Assembly (NCBI GenBank): GCA_963713225.1
Contig: CAVQLB010000010.1
Location: forward strand, 25,686-89,685
Length of the DNA: 64,000 bases
Direction of reading: 5' to 3'
Source of the DNA: an uncultured Actinomycetota bacterium
GTDB taxonomy: Bacteria; Actinomycetota; Actinomycetes; Mycobacteriales; Mycobacteriaceae
The position numbers and the translations under genes are program-made. This document shows positions 1 to 8,715 of the stretch, one piece after another (the stretch's first letter is position 1; every line of letters begins with the position of its first letter). A model generated the notes under the pieces. That model was not told the DNA's origin. It did not search any database and saw only the letters and a program-made list of their open reading frames with translations.

Positions 1-66
1 AGTTCGGCCGCAACCACCGCTGCGGCCACGGCCGCACTGGCGTCCTGGTAGCGCGGCTGATCGGGG

Positions 67-1305
67 TCAGCAGTTGCCGACGGCGGGGACGCCCGCGAAG
101 CGGTCGGCGATCCATTGGCCCAACAGAGCGCCCGGATCCAGTTTGTGCCCTTGCCCTTCCATGCGGATCCGCAAAATGGTGTCGCCGCGGGCACAGGCCC
201 GGCCCATGGCGACCTCGGTCCATTCCGGGGGAACGGTTTGGTCGGATCCGCCATAGATCGCCAGCAGTGGGATTTTGGTCGGCTGTTGCGGCAGCGCATA
301 GGAGGTGAGCCGCTCCCGCAGCCGGTCGGCCGCTGCCGCGGAGGACGGCTTGGCGTCCGAGCCGTCGAACTTGCTCGCCAAGGCCTCCTTGCCCTGGGAA
401 GCCGGCGGCAGGCAGGCAAGCAACGTCTTTTCGTCGTCGCGTAGAACGCCGTGCAGGTAATCGTTCGGATCGATGGACTTGTCGACCGCGGCGAGACCCT
501 CGATCACATTCGGGTACAGATACATCTGGTCGGCGGTCAATGTGGAGGTTTGGGCCCGCTGCACCAGTCCAGACATGTCGAGCGTGGGGACCAGCGCCGC
601 GGCGCCGAGCAGATCGGTGCCCTGCCCGTAAGCCGCAAAGTATTCGGCGGCCGCCCAGGCGGTCTCGCCGCCCTGCGACGATCCCAATGCCACCCAGCGC
701 GACGACAGCTGCGGCACCACCGTGCGGGCGGCTCGCACCGCGTCGATGAGGTTGAACGCGGCCGACTTTGGCTCCAGGTAAGCATGTGATGTCGCCGCGT
801 CCTGGCTTGACCCGGCGGGATTGCCCAGACCCGCGTAGTCGGTGTATGCCACCGCGTAACCGAGCTTGAGCTGTATCGCCACCGAAGTGATGTCGCCGAG
901 CAGGCGGGAATCCGCGGTTGGCCCACAGTCGGAGGTTACGCCAACGGTTCCATGGGCGTAGCCGATGACAGGCCATCCTCCGGGCGGTGGGTCGCCCGGC
1001 GGTGTGAATACCGCGCCAGACACCACAGTGGGCGAACCAGTGATGCCGGATATCGATCGGTACACCATCGTGTGTGCCGTTGAGCCGGCAGGCAGCTCGC
1101 TGAAATCGAACGGCGTCTGGTCCGATGAGCTCGCCACGGTGCCACGGGCGGCCAAGTCACCGGTGGCGATGGTTGGCATCTGTCGGGAGTAGTTCAGTTC
1201 CTCCGGCCCTGTGTTGGAGGGGGCGGCGGGTTGCGACGCGCTGCACGCGGCAACCACGGCGCACGCGAGCACGCCGCCCAGCCGCCCAACGAACCTCGCG
1301 ATCAT
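67..1305 (-). CDS. Secretory lipase (LIP-family alpha/beta hydrolase) lipoprotein
   Basis: Lipobox-like VVAAC after a hydrophobic N-terminus (start taken at MIARF, 1305). Motifs YAHGTVG, nucleophile elbow GSSQGG, GGSDQTV (Asp), GQGH (His). Confidence 0.85.
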   Translation of the reverse strand: MIARFVGRLGGVLACAVVAACSASQPAAPSNTGPEELNYSRQMPTIATGDLAARGTVASSSDQTPFDFSELPAGSTAHTMVYRSISGITGSPTVVSGAVFTPPGDPPPGGWPVIGYAHGTVGVTSDCGPTADSRLLGDITSVAIQLKLGYAVAYTDYAGLGNPAGSSQDAATSHAYLEPKSAAFNLIDAVRAARTVVPQLSSRWVALGSSQGGETAWAAAEYFAAYGQGTDLLGAAALVPTLDMSGLVQRAQTSTLTADQMYLYPNVIEGLAAVDKSIDPNDYLHGVLRDDEKTLLACLPPASQGKEALASKFDGSDAKPSSAAAADRLRERLTSYALPQQPTKIPLLAIYGGSDQTVPPEWTEVAMGRACARGDTILRIRMEGQGHKLDPGALLGQWIADRFAGVPAVGNC

Positions 1306-1637
1306 GTGTGTCCCCTTGATCCTCGACCACGAGGATGGCATAGGCGGCAGCCTTCAGAGGCCTTTCCAACCGCTTGCATTCTGCTGACGCCGGGTTGCTG
1401 CCCGGGCGGATAGAATACCCTTTCCTTTCAGGAGTGGAATTTGACTTTCCCAAGAATTATCGAACCGCCAATTGATCGCGACCATTGCTTTCCTGACTAC
1501 GTACTGGGAAGAACCACAATCCATCTGGTACGCATCGGGACTCGCCGACGTGCTGGCAGGTCCACCAGCGCAGGAGCCGGCCGGGACATGACCGGGGGCG
1601 CGGGTCAAGTCGCCGCTGTGAAAATCCTGGGCCTGAC

Positions 1638-1666
1638 TGGGCACATTTTGGGCACACCTAGGCACA
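1638..1666 (+). repeat. Three closely spaced direct repeats TGGGCACA/TGGGCACA/TAGGCACA, candidate tyrosine-integrase arm-type sites
   Basis: Copies at 1638-1645, 1649-1656 and 1659-1666, about 85 bp upstream of a tRNA 3'-end fragment. Confidence 0.55.
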
Positions 1667-1749
1667 AACCGGGGAAATCTCAACGAATTACATGCAACGT
1701 TATTTCGCAGCTCACAGCGAGTGCGGCGAACTGACCAGGATCGATTCAA

Positions 1750-1773
1750 CAGTTCAATCCTGACAGGGGGCTC
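1750..1773 (+). mobile_element. tRNA 3'-end fragment (tRNA-Thr-like), putative att core at the right end of an integrated element
   Basis: CAG-TTCAATC-CTGAC-AGGGGGC-TC reads as part of the T-stem, T-loop, 3' T-stem, 3' acceptor strand and discriminator. The 5' half of the tRNA is absent. Matches my recollection of the actinobacterial tRNA-Thr(TGT) 3' end. Confidence 0.6.
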
Positions 1774-1982
1774 AACACGGTTCGGCGCCCTTTCTGGCTC
1801 AGAACTGATGGTACGAAACCTGTGTGCGCAGATGGTCGCAGTCCACTTTGACTGCCCACATCGTGCCGGCAAATATGCCGATTCCAGCATCCCGGTGTCC
1901 CCTTCGGGAATGTCGGTCTCAGTGTAGATATCCCGATGTTGGAATGGTGTGAAATACGGGCGCTGCGCAATGCCTTCCGCTG

Positions 1983-2633
1983 CTAGTGTTTCGACTTCCT
2001 CGACCTGCCCATTGCCGCGTCGCGGTCTTCGTCAGAGAAGGCCGCCGACCTGCCAGCGCGCGTCGCACTCACCATCTCCCGGGCAACGCGCATTGCGCCA
2101 GTAGTGGCCGCGTAATCAGAGTCGTCGTAGGTGAGGGAGGTCGTTCCGGCGAAGCCCATCTGCCCACCGATCTCGACGGCATCCATGTTGGCTCCCAGGA
2201 AGATGAACGTCCAGCCCCACTCGTCCTGCTGCTGCTTGGTCAGCTTCCGCACTGCTTCCAGGCTCCATTCCTTGCTGGAGTTCTCCATGCCGTCGGTCAT
2301 GATCAGACAGATCACCTGGCCCGGGCGCTCGTCTTCAGGCAGAACCGATAGCTGCTCGCCAATTTCGGTGATGAACTTGCCGGTTGCATCAAGCAGAGCA
2401 GTCATCCCGCGAGGCTGGACGACGAACTCCGGCACCTCGGCGACGTCGGTGGCCGAATAGAGCACCTCGTAGACGGTGTCGAACTGAGCGAGAGTCACTT
2501 GGCAATCGCCAGGCTGTTGGCGTTGCTCGTTGATGAGTTCGCGCCAGCCATCCTCGGTCGCGGCCTTCGAGGTTTGCATCGAACCTGAGCGATCGAGCAG
2601 CGCGGCGATGAGGGTCTTGTTCGGGTTGGTCAT
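1983..2633 (-). CDS. Stand-alone von Willebrand factor A (vWA) domain protein
   Basis: MIDAS DxSxS (LLDRSGSM), GMTAL, IMTDG, and FIFLGAN. Start taken at MTNPNK (2633). Confidence 0.85.
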   Translation of the reverse strand: MTNPNKTLIAALLDRSGSMQTSKAATEDGWRELINEQRQQPGDCQVTLAQFDTVYEVLYSATDVAEVPEFVVQPRGMTALLDATGKFITEIGEQLSVLPEDERPGQVICLIMTDGMENSSKEWSLEAVRKLTKQQQDEWGWTFIFLGANMDAVEIGGQMGFAGTTSLTYDDSDYAATTGAMRVAREMVSATRAGRSAAFSDEDRDAAMGRSRKSKH

Positions 2634-2868
2634 TGGCAGCCTTCCAGTCGTGTGCAGCCGCCGTGAAGGCGGCACGGGGTGGTACTTCGCGTCCCGGCAT
2701 ACATCGGTGAGGAGACGTACCGGCCGCCCGCGATCGGCGAGCCTCGCGCTCAATTACACCACCGGGATCGACGGCTCATACGCCATCGACTTCGGATTGA
2801 GGACGTGCCCGGCGGGCCGCCCACATGACTCGATTATACGCTTCACCAGCGACAATCGTGGTCGTTCT

Positions 2869-3183
2869 TCAGTCTGGCCAGATGCCTTCGACCATGACAA
2901 GGGGCTCAGCGTCCAGCCCCCTGCTATAGCACCGGGTGCGGCCGGTCAGCTTCCAGATCCATCGGCCATTGGATGCGCGGAGAGTCACGTGAGTGCCGTC
3001 GAAACTCAATCGGACGCCGGGGGGTTCTCGGTTGCGGTCGAGGGCATGACGTGCGAACCACATGACCGACGTCGCGTAATGGACGCACAGATCGTCGCCT
3101 TCGCGTCGAAACCGAACTTCCCCGGATAGTTCGGGTGCCTGCAGCGCGTGCTCATACCAGTACTCCGCCGCCGTGAACTTCAC
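2869..3183 (-). CDS. Hypothetical protein (~104 aa)
   Basis: Globular-looking sequence from GTG 3183, directly downstream of the acyltransferase on the same strand. No family recognised; start uncertain. Confidence 0.4.
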   Translation of the reverse strand: MKFTAAEYWYEHALQAPELSGEVRFRREGDDLCVHYATSVMWFARHALDRNREPPGVRLSFDGTHVTLRASNGRWIWKLTGRTRCYSRGLDAEPLVMVEGIWPD

Positions 3184-4489
3184 GGTGCAGTCGTGGAATG
3201 TCGTCGCCGGCCCGCCGAAACCGGTGCATGTGTTCCCGGATCGCGGGGCTCGACATGACCTGGAATTCTTTGGGCGGCAATGAGATTTGAAAGACGAGTC
3301 CGCGGCCCTCAGCCCCTTCCACCAGGGCACCGAGTCCCGCAACGGGCAATTTCATCAACAGCGTGCAGTAGGACGTGAAGGTGTCTTCGAAGGCGATGCG
3401 ATAGACGCCGAAGCCGCTCTGGTTGGAGACAATTGGGTTCCACCGGGCCGGATTGAAGGCGGTGGACACACAACGAGCGGCCCGCCATGCACCGGCCGCG
3501 TCCAGGAATCGCTGATTGATGCGCATATCGCAGTGTTCGTCGGCGAAGTGGTCCACCGTGTGGCGGAGGCGTTTGGCAAACGCACCTGCAGCCTCTTCCC
3601 GTCGGAGCTCGAGGTTCAGCGTCGTGATGATGTTGCCGACGAGCATCGGATCGAGGCCACAACGATTCCGCGCATTCACTGCGACCGCGAGGGTGCGACG
3701 ATCCATCGCGGGATGGGCACTCATGAGCGCTTCGGAAACATGCGCGCATACAACGTCGTTCGCCGACAACCGCTTCCGGCTTCCGTAGGCGTTGTGCATG
3801 CGGGCGATTTCGTCTTCTCCGAAGTAGAGACTCAGAGTCCGCTGCTTTCGCGCATCCTTGGCCAGGTACAGCACGCTCCGTGCAAGTTCTGCGAGTCCGA
3901 GGAATCGCACCCCGGGCTCCCGAGCGCCATCGGCAGGAAGATGCTCGTCGAGGTAGGCGGCGCGGTCCTCGACGATCAACGGTTCGGCAATTGGCTTGCC
4001 TGCGGCCGCGGCAGCCCACGCGTTCATGAAAACCATCAACGTCTGCATGTCGCCGATCGCGTGGTGCCATGAGACACCGATCGCGGTCGCGTCGTCCGCG
4101 AGTTGCGTGACACGCACCTTGCACAGCGGGCCCATCCCCCATCGAGCCGTGGCGCCGTTCACCGGGTCGACGAGCCATAGTCCGCTGTTCTCCGACGTCG
4201 AACGGATCGCGTCACTGAGCGTGCGACCGGACGACACCGATGTGAAGGGCACACCCTGTCCCTCACATCGGATTCGCATCGTGGGGCCGAACCCGGCCAG
4301 CCGCCCCGCGAAGATCGGGAGCTTCGTCAGCGCATGCGCAAATGCATCGGTGAGCGCCCTGGTGTCGAGACGCCGCTCAAAGAAGAAGACGCTGTGTACC
4401 GCCAAGTTGGCGACTATGGCGTCGCCGACATTGCACCGGACTTCGAGCCGTTGTCTGTCCAAGGGTTTGATCAGCTGGGTCGACATCAT
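3152..4489 (-). CDS. BAHD/Transferase-family (HxxxD) acyltransferase
   Basis: SWHHAIGD (HxxxD), ALTKLPIFAGRL, AVNARNR and LVGNII resemble plant/fungal CoA-dependent transferases. ATG 4489 overlaps the P450 stop (ATGA). Confidence 0.75.
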   Translation of the reverse strand: MMSTQLIKPLDRQRLEVRCNVGDAIVANLAVHSVFFFERRLDTRALTDAFAHALTKLPIFAGRLAGFGPTMRIRCEGQGVPFTSVSSGRTLSDAIRSTSENSGLWLVDPVNGATARWGMGPLCKVRVTQLADDATAIGVSWHHAIGDMQTLMVFMNAWAAAAAGKPIAEPLIVEDRAAYLDEHLPADGAREPGVRFLGLAELARSVLYLAKDARKQRTLSLYFGEDEIARMHNAYGSRKRLSANDVVCAHVSEALMSAHPAMDRRTLAVAVNARNRCGLDPMLVGNIITTLNLELRREEAAGAFAKRLRHTVDHFADEHCDMRINQRFLDAAGAWRAARCVSTAFNPARWNPIVSNQSGFGVYRIAFEDTFTSYCTLLMKLPVAGLGALVEGAEGRGLVFQISLPPKEFQVMSSPAIREHMHRFRRAGDDIPRLHREVHGGGVLV

Positions 4490-5829
4490 GGGCACGTCCG
4501 GCGGTTCACCACGACGCGGCCGCCGAGTTTCGGGGTGTGGGCAATTCCCCGGAAATGGGACTTCTCATCGGCGGCGGCATCGGTCTGGATCCGGAAGTTC
4601 TGCAGCACCGTCCGCAGCACGATATCCATTTCGGCGATCGCGAAATCAGCGCCGAGGCAACGCCGTGCCCCGCCGCCGAACGCCAGCCATGCTGCTGTCG
4701 GCGGCTTCGTGCCGCGGAAGCGGCAAGGGTCGAATCGTTCGGGCTGAGGATAGATTTCGGGATTCTCGTGCAAATCGGCGATCCTCACGAGCACCGTCCG
4801 ATTGTGCGGGATCCGCCATTCCCCGAGGTCGAAATTCGACGCCCTGACCCGGCGGCCAGCCACATCGATGACGGTGCGTACCCGCAGCACCTCGGTAATT
4901 GTGGCCCGGCGGAAGTCGCTGCCGCCCTCGCCGACCTCTCTGACCAGCTCGGCCAACACGTCTGGGTGGCGCCGCAATCGCTCAAACGCCCAGGCAAGTG
5001 CTGATGCCGTTGTTTCGTGGCCCGCACAGACGAGGGTCAACAGTTCGTCGCACATGTCCTGCCGCGACATCCCGGTTTCGTCGGCGTGCCGACGGCGCAG
5101 TAAGAATGCCAGCACGTCCGTCCGCTTGCCGAGACCGGGATCCGCATCGGCCCTGTCGATCAGCGTCAATACGATCCGGTCGAATGCCTTGCGGAAGTCG
5201 TCCAGCTTGCCCCACGGGCTGTAGCGTCTGGTCCAGAATGGCGGCGCAGGCAAGAAAGCCACGAGCTGTCCGAGTTTCATATATGGCGGGACGATCTCAC
5301 GTAGTTCCTCGAGTTCCGCACCTTCAGCTCCGAAAATGGTCCGCAAGATCACGTTCAAGGTGATCCTGTTCATCGGCTCCAGAATCCGGAACTCTTTGCC
5401 CTCAGGCCAATTCGCGCTTTCGCGCAGTGTCTCGTCCTCGATAACGTTCGCGTAGTTTTTGAGGCTCTGACCGTGAAATGCCGGTGCGAGGCGTCGGCGC
5501 CGGTCGGGATGCCGACTCTCGTCAAGCCCAAATAGCGACCCGGGCCCGAACCAGTTGCCGAGATTCGGTTGCACGTTGACCAGCTGGTCGGTGCTCGCAG
5601 TGCACACCGACCTCACCAGAGCCGGGTCAGAAACGACGACGGATCGACCGAAGAATGGGACGTTGATTTCGTAGATGTGCCCGTGCCGCTTGATCCAGTT
5701 CCGCATCGCCGTGCGGCGAAAAAAAGCGAATCCAGCACTCTGCACGAGCTTGGGTAGGCGAACCGACGGCGGGTTCAGCCTGTTCGACGTCGATGTTTCG
5801 CGCGGATTGGCCACGGCCGGATGGGTCAT
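4486..5829 (-). CDS. cyp138: Cytochrome P450, CYP138-like family
   Basis: I-helix AGHETT, EVLR (ExxR), heme motif FGGGARRCLG. NVQPNLG and LAPAFHGQSLKNY closely resemble Mtb Rv0136. Start may be 5859. Confidence 0.9.
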   Translation of the reverse strand: MTHPAVANPRETSTSNRLNPPSVRLPKLVQSAGFAFFRRTAMRNWIKRHGHIYEINVPFFGRSVVVSDPALVRSVCTASTDQLVNVQPNLGNWFGPGSLFGLDESRHPDRRRRLAPAFHGQSLKNYANVIEDETLRESANWPEGKEFRILEPMNRITLNVILRTIFGAEGAELEELREIVPPYMKLGQLVAFLPAPPFWTRRYSPWGKLDDFRKAFDRIVLTLIDRADADPGLGKRTDVLAFLLRRRHADETGMSRQDMCDELLTLVCAGHETTASALAWAFERLRRHPDVLAELVREVGEGGSDFRRATITEVLRVRTVIDVAGRRVRASNFDLGEWRIPHNRTVLVRIADLHENPEIYPQPERFDPCRFRGTKPPTAAWLAFGGGARRCLGADFAIAEMDIVLRTVLQNFRIQTDAAADEKSHFRGIAHTPKLGGRVVVNRRTCP

Positions 5830-5938
5830 ACGGGAATCGTCGCTCGCCCGCGGTTGCACGATCTCAGTAGTGCGCTACTGCAATCTAGGATCCTTGACGC
5901 TGACGTAAACCGGTTCAAGAACGGGTATGCGGTGAACC

Positions 5939-6928
5939 ATGACGGTCATCGGCTTCCACTGCTCGCACGAGCAGATCAGTCCAGCCCAGCTACTCAAGGA
6001 TGTCCAGCAGGCTGAGCAGGCCGGCTTCACGGCCGGCATGTCCTCCGACCACTTCAGTCCGTGGAGCGAGCGACAGGGCGAATCGGGCTTCGCCTGGTCG
6101 TTCCTCGGCGCGGCGCTGGCTACGACGAACCTTCCGTTCGGGGTCGTGAACGCGCCCGGGCAGCGCTACCACCCTGCAATCATCGCGCAAGCCATCGCCA
6201 CCCTCGCGGAGATGTTTCCTGGCCGGTTCTGGGCGGCGCTCGGATCGGGCGAGGCGTCCAACGAACGGGTCACCGGAGAAGTTTGGCCGCGCAAGGAAAT
6301 TCGCGACCAGCGCCTTATCGAATGCGTCGACGTCATCCGGCGACTTCTCGAAGGAGAGGAGGTCAGCCACGAAGGTCTCGTGCACGTTAACCGTGCGCGA
6401 CTCTGGACGCTGCCAGCGACCGTTCCAGACCTCGTCGGTCCCGCCGTCACACCCGAGACCGCAGCCCGCCACGCGGCATGGGCCGACGGCCTGATCACCG
6501 TCAACCAGCCGAGGGAAACGCTGCAGAAGGTCCTCGATTCCTATCGCGAGGCCGGCGGCCGCGGCCCCGCCTGCCTCCAGATTCACGTCAGCTGGGCGCC
6601 TACCGATGAGGAGGCGCTGGCCATCGCCCACGACCAGTGGCGCAGCAACGTCTTCGCCCCGCCCGCGTGCTGGGACGTCGAGACTGTCGAAACGTTCGAC
6701 GTCATCAGCGAGGACGTCTCGCCGGAGCAGGTGGAGAAATCGGTCCACGTCTCGAGCGACCTCGGCCGGCACGCCGCCTGGCTGCAGGAGTACGCCGACC
6801 AGGGGTGGGATGAGTTGTATGTGCACTTCGTCGGCCAGAAACAAGCGGGCTTCATCGAAGCATTCGGTGACCACGTGTTGCCCCAGCTGTCTCCGACCGT
6901 GCCCCAGCGGGAAGCGACGATCGCATGA
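5939..6928 (+). CDS. Luciferase-like (LLM) oxidoreductase, G6PDH-F420-related / TIGR03885-type
   Basis: IGFHCSHEQ, SDHFSPWSERQGESGFAWS, LGSGEASNE. Stop overlaps the next gene (ATGA). Confidence 0.85.
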   Translation: MTVIGFHCSHEQISPAQLLKDVQQAEQAGFTAGMSSDHFSPWSERQGESGFAWSFLGAALATTNLPFGVVNAPGQRYHPAIIAQAIATLAEMFPGRFWAALGSGEASNERVTGEVWPRKEIRDQRLIECVDVIRRLLEGEEVSHEGLVHVNRARLWTLPATVPDLVGPAVTPETAARHAAWADGLITVNQPRETLQKVLDSYREAGGRGPACLQIHVSWAPTDEEALAIAHDQWRSNVFAPPACWDVETVETFDVISEDVSPEQVEKSVHVSSDLGRHAAWLQEYADQGWDELYVHFVGQKQAGFIEAFGDHVLPQLSPTVPQREATIA

Positions 6929-8715
6929 GGCGGGCCGACACGGGCGACCTGTGGTGGAAGAACGCGGTCTTCTACTGCGCGGACATCGAGACCTTCTACG
7001 ACTGGGACGGCGATGGCACCGGCGACATCCGCGGAATGACCGAGCGTATCGAGTACCTCTACGACCTCGGCGTGACATGCCTATGGCTCATGCCCTTCTA
7101 CCCGACCGCCCGCAAGGACGACGGCTACGACATCATCGACTTCTTCGGCGTCGACCCCCGCCTGGGGACCCTTGGCGACTTCGTCGAACTTGTGCGCACG
7201 GCTCGGGCGAGTGGGATACGGGTCATCGTCGACTTCGTCATGAACCACACGTCGGACGGTCATCCGTGGTTCAAGTCCGCCCGGCGCAGTAAGGACGACC
7301 CGTATCGCGACTACTACGTGTGGAGCGCGACCAAGCCGAAGTCGAGCGCGAAGGACGTTGTCTTCCCCGATCAGGAGGACAGTCTCTGGGAACGCGACCC
7401 CAAGACGAACGAGTGGTATCTGCACCACTTTTACAAGCACCAACCCGATCTCAACATCGAGAATCCCAAAGTGCAGGAGGAGATCTCACGCACACTCGGA
7501 TTCTGGCTCGAGCTCGGGGTCTCCGGCTTCCGGGTCGACGCCGTCCCGTTCCTCTTTGCGAAGGACGCCGTGCCGGGAAGCCCGAACGCGTTCGACCCCA
7601 TGGAGTATCTCGGCGACGTCCGGAATTTCGTCACCCGCCGCGCCGGAGACGCTGTCCTGCTCGGCGAGGTCAATGTTGCGTATAAAGACCAGCTGGCGTT
7701 TTTCGGCGGTCCCGACGGCGACGGGCTCAACATGCAGTTCGACTTCATCGGGATGCAGAACATATTCCTGTCGCTCGCCCGAGGTGACGCCCGTCCAATC
7801 GCCAAGGCCCTGAAGCAGCGACCGCACCTCGACGTGACGAGCCAGTGGGCCAACTTCGTGCGCAACCACGACGAGCTCACCCTAGACAAGCTGAGCGAGG
7901 ATGAGCGCCAAGAGATTTTCGATGCCTTTGGCCCCGATAAGGACATGCAACTCTACGGTCGCGGACTGCGCCGAAGGCTGCCATCGATGCTCGGCGGCGA
8001 CGAGCGACGGATGCGGATGGTGTACTCGTTGGCCTTCTCCCTGCCGGGCACTCCTGTCCTCTTCTACGGCGAGGAGATCGGGATGGCCGAGAACCTCGAC
8101 ATCCCAGGGCGGTTGGCGGTGCGCTCGCCGATGCAGTGGACCGGCGGCGTCAACGGCGGGTTCTCCACGGCTTCGAAGAGGCGGCTTGCCCGTCCGCTTC
8201 CTGGCGGGCTGTACGGTCCGAAGCGGGTCAATACCGCCGACCAACGCCATGATCACGAGTCCTTCTGGTGGTTCATGCGCAACCTCATCTACACGTACCG
8301 GCAGCAGCCGGAGATCGGCTGGTCGGCGGTGGAGATCCTCAAGCAACCCAACCAAGCGGTCTTGGCGCACGTGTGCCGGGAGGAATCCGGTTGGATGATG
8401 TTGGCGCTGCATAACTTCGGCGCGGACAGCTGCATCGTGCCTATCCAACTCACGGACGTGCCGCCGGAGTCCATCCTCATCGACCTGCTCGACGGGCTAT
8501 CCGAGCACGCCCTCGACAGCGGGGGCCGGGCCGAACTCAGCCTCGAGGCTTACGGCTATCGGTGGCATCCTCATCGACCTGCTCGACGGGCTATCCGAGC
8601 ACGCGCTCGACAACGGTGGCCGGGTCGAACTCGACCTCGACGCTTACGGCTACCGGTGGCTGCGCCTCCGACGACCGGAGGACGACCCCATCATCTGAGC
8701 CGGCCTGGACGTTGA
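6925..8715 (+). CDS. GH13 alpha-amylase family / trehalose synthase-like glucosidase; C-terminus disturbed by a 94-bp duplication
   Basis: WWKNAVFY, DDGYDI, VMNHTS, GFRVDAV, LLGEVN, FVRNHDE. The native-looking end (LRLRRPEDDPII*, stop at 8698) is out of frame. Confidence 0.85.
   Translation: MRRADTGDLWWKNAVFYCADIETFYDWDGDGTGDIRGMTERIEYLYDLGVTCLWLMPFYPTARKDDGYDIIDFFGVDPRLGTLGDFVELVRTARASGIRVIVDFVMNHTSDGHPWFKSARRSKDDPYRDYYVWSATKPKSSAKDVVFPDQEDSLWERDPKTNEWYLHHFYKHQPDLNIENPKVQEEISRTLGFWLELGVSGFRVDAVPFLFAKDAVPGSPNAFDPMEYLGDVRNFVTRRAGDAVLLGEVNVAYKDQLAFFGGPDGDGLNMQFDFIGMQNIFLSLARGDARPIAKALKQRPHLDVTSQWANFVRNHDELTLDKLSEDERQEIFDAFGPDKDMQLYGRGLRRRLPSMLGGDERRMRMVYSLAFSLPGTPVLFYGEEIGMAENLDIPGRLAVRSPMQWTGGVNGGFSTASKRRLARPLPGGLYGPKRVNTADQRHDHESFWWFMRNLIYTYRQQPEIGWSAVEILKQPNQAVLAHVCREESGWMMLALHNFGADSCIVPIQLTDVPPESILIDLLDGLSEHALDSGGRAELSLEAYGYRWHPHRPARRAIRARARQRWPGRTRPRRLRLPVAAPPTTGGRPHHLSRPGR
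8472..8659 (+). repeat. 94-bp imperfect tandem duplication (2 copies)
   Basis: 8472-8565 versus 8566-8659: first 39 nt identical, 8 mismatches in the remaining 55 nt. Confidence 0.9.

Noticed and set aside
1750-1773. Intact tRNA gene
   Set aside because: No D-arm, anticodon arm or 5' acceptor strand upstream; fragment only.
1354-1970. Protein-coding ORFs (178, 97 and 74 aa) in the lipase-vWA gap, including a possible integrase tail
   Set aside because: No recognisable motifs, atypical composition, overlap with the att-like features; no integrase catalytic residues seen.
5923-5928. SigF promoter (GGGTAT) upstream of the LLM/GH13 pair
   Set aside because: The -10 fits, but there is no GTTT -35 at 15-17 nt spacing; not supportable.
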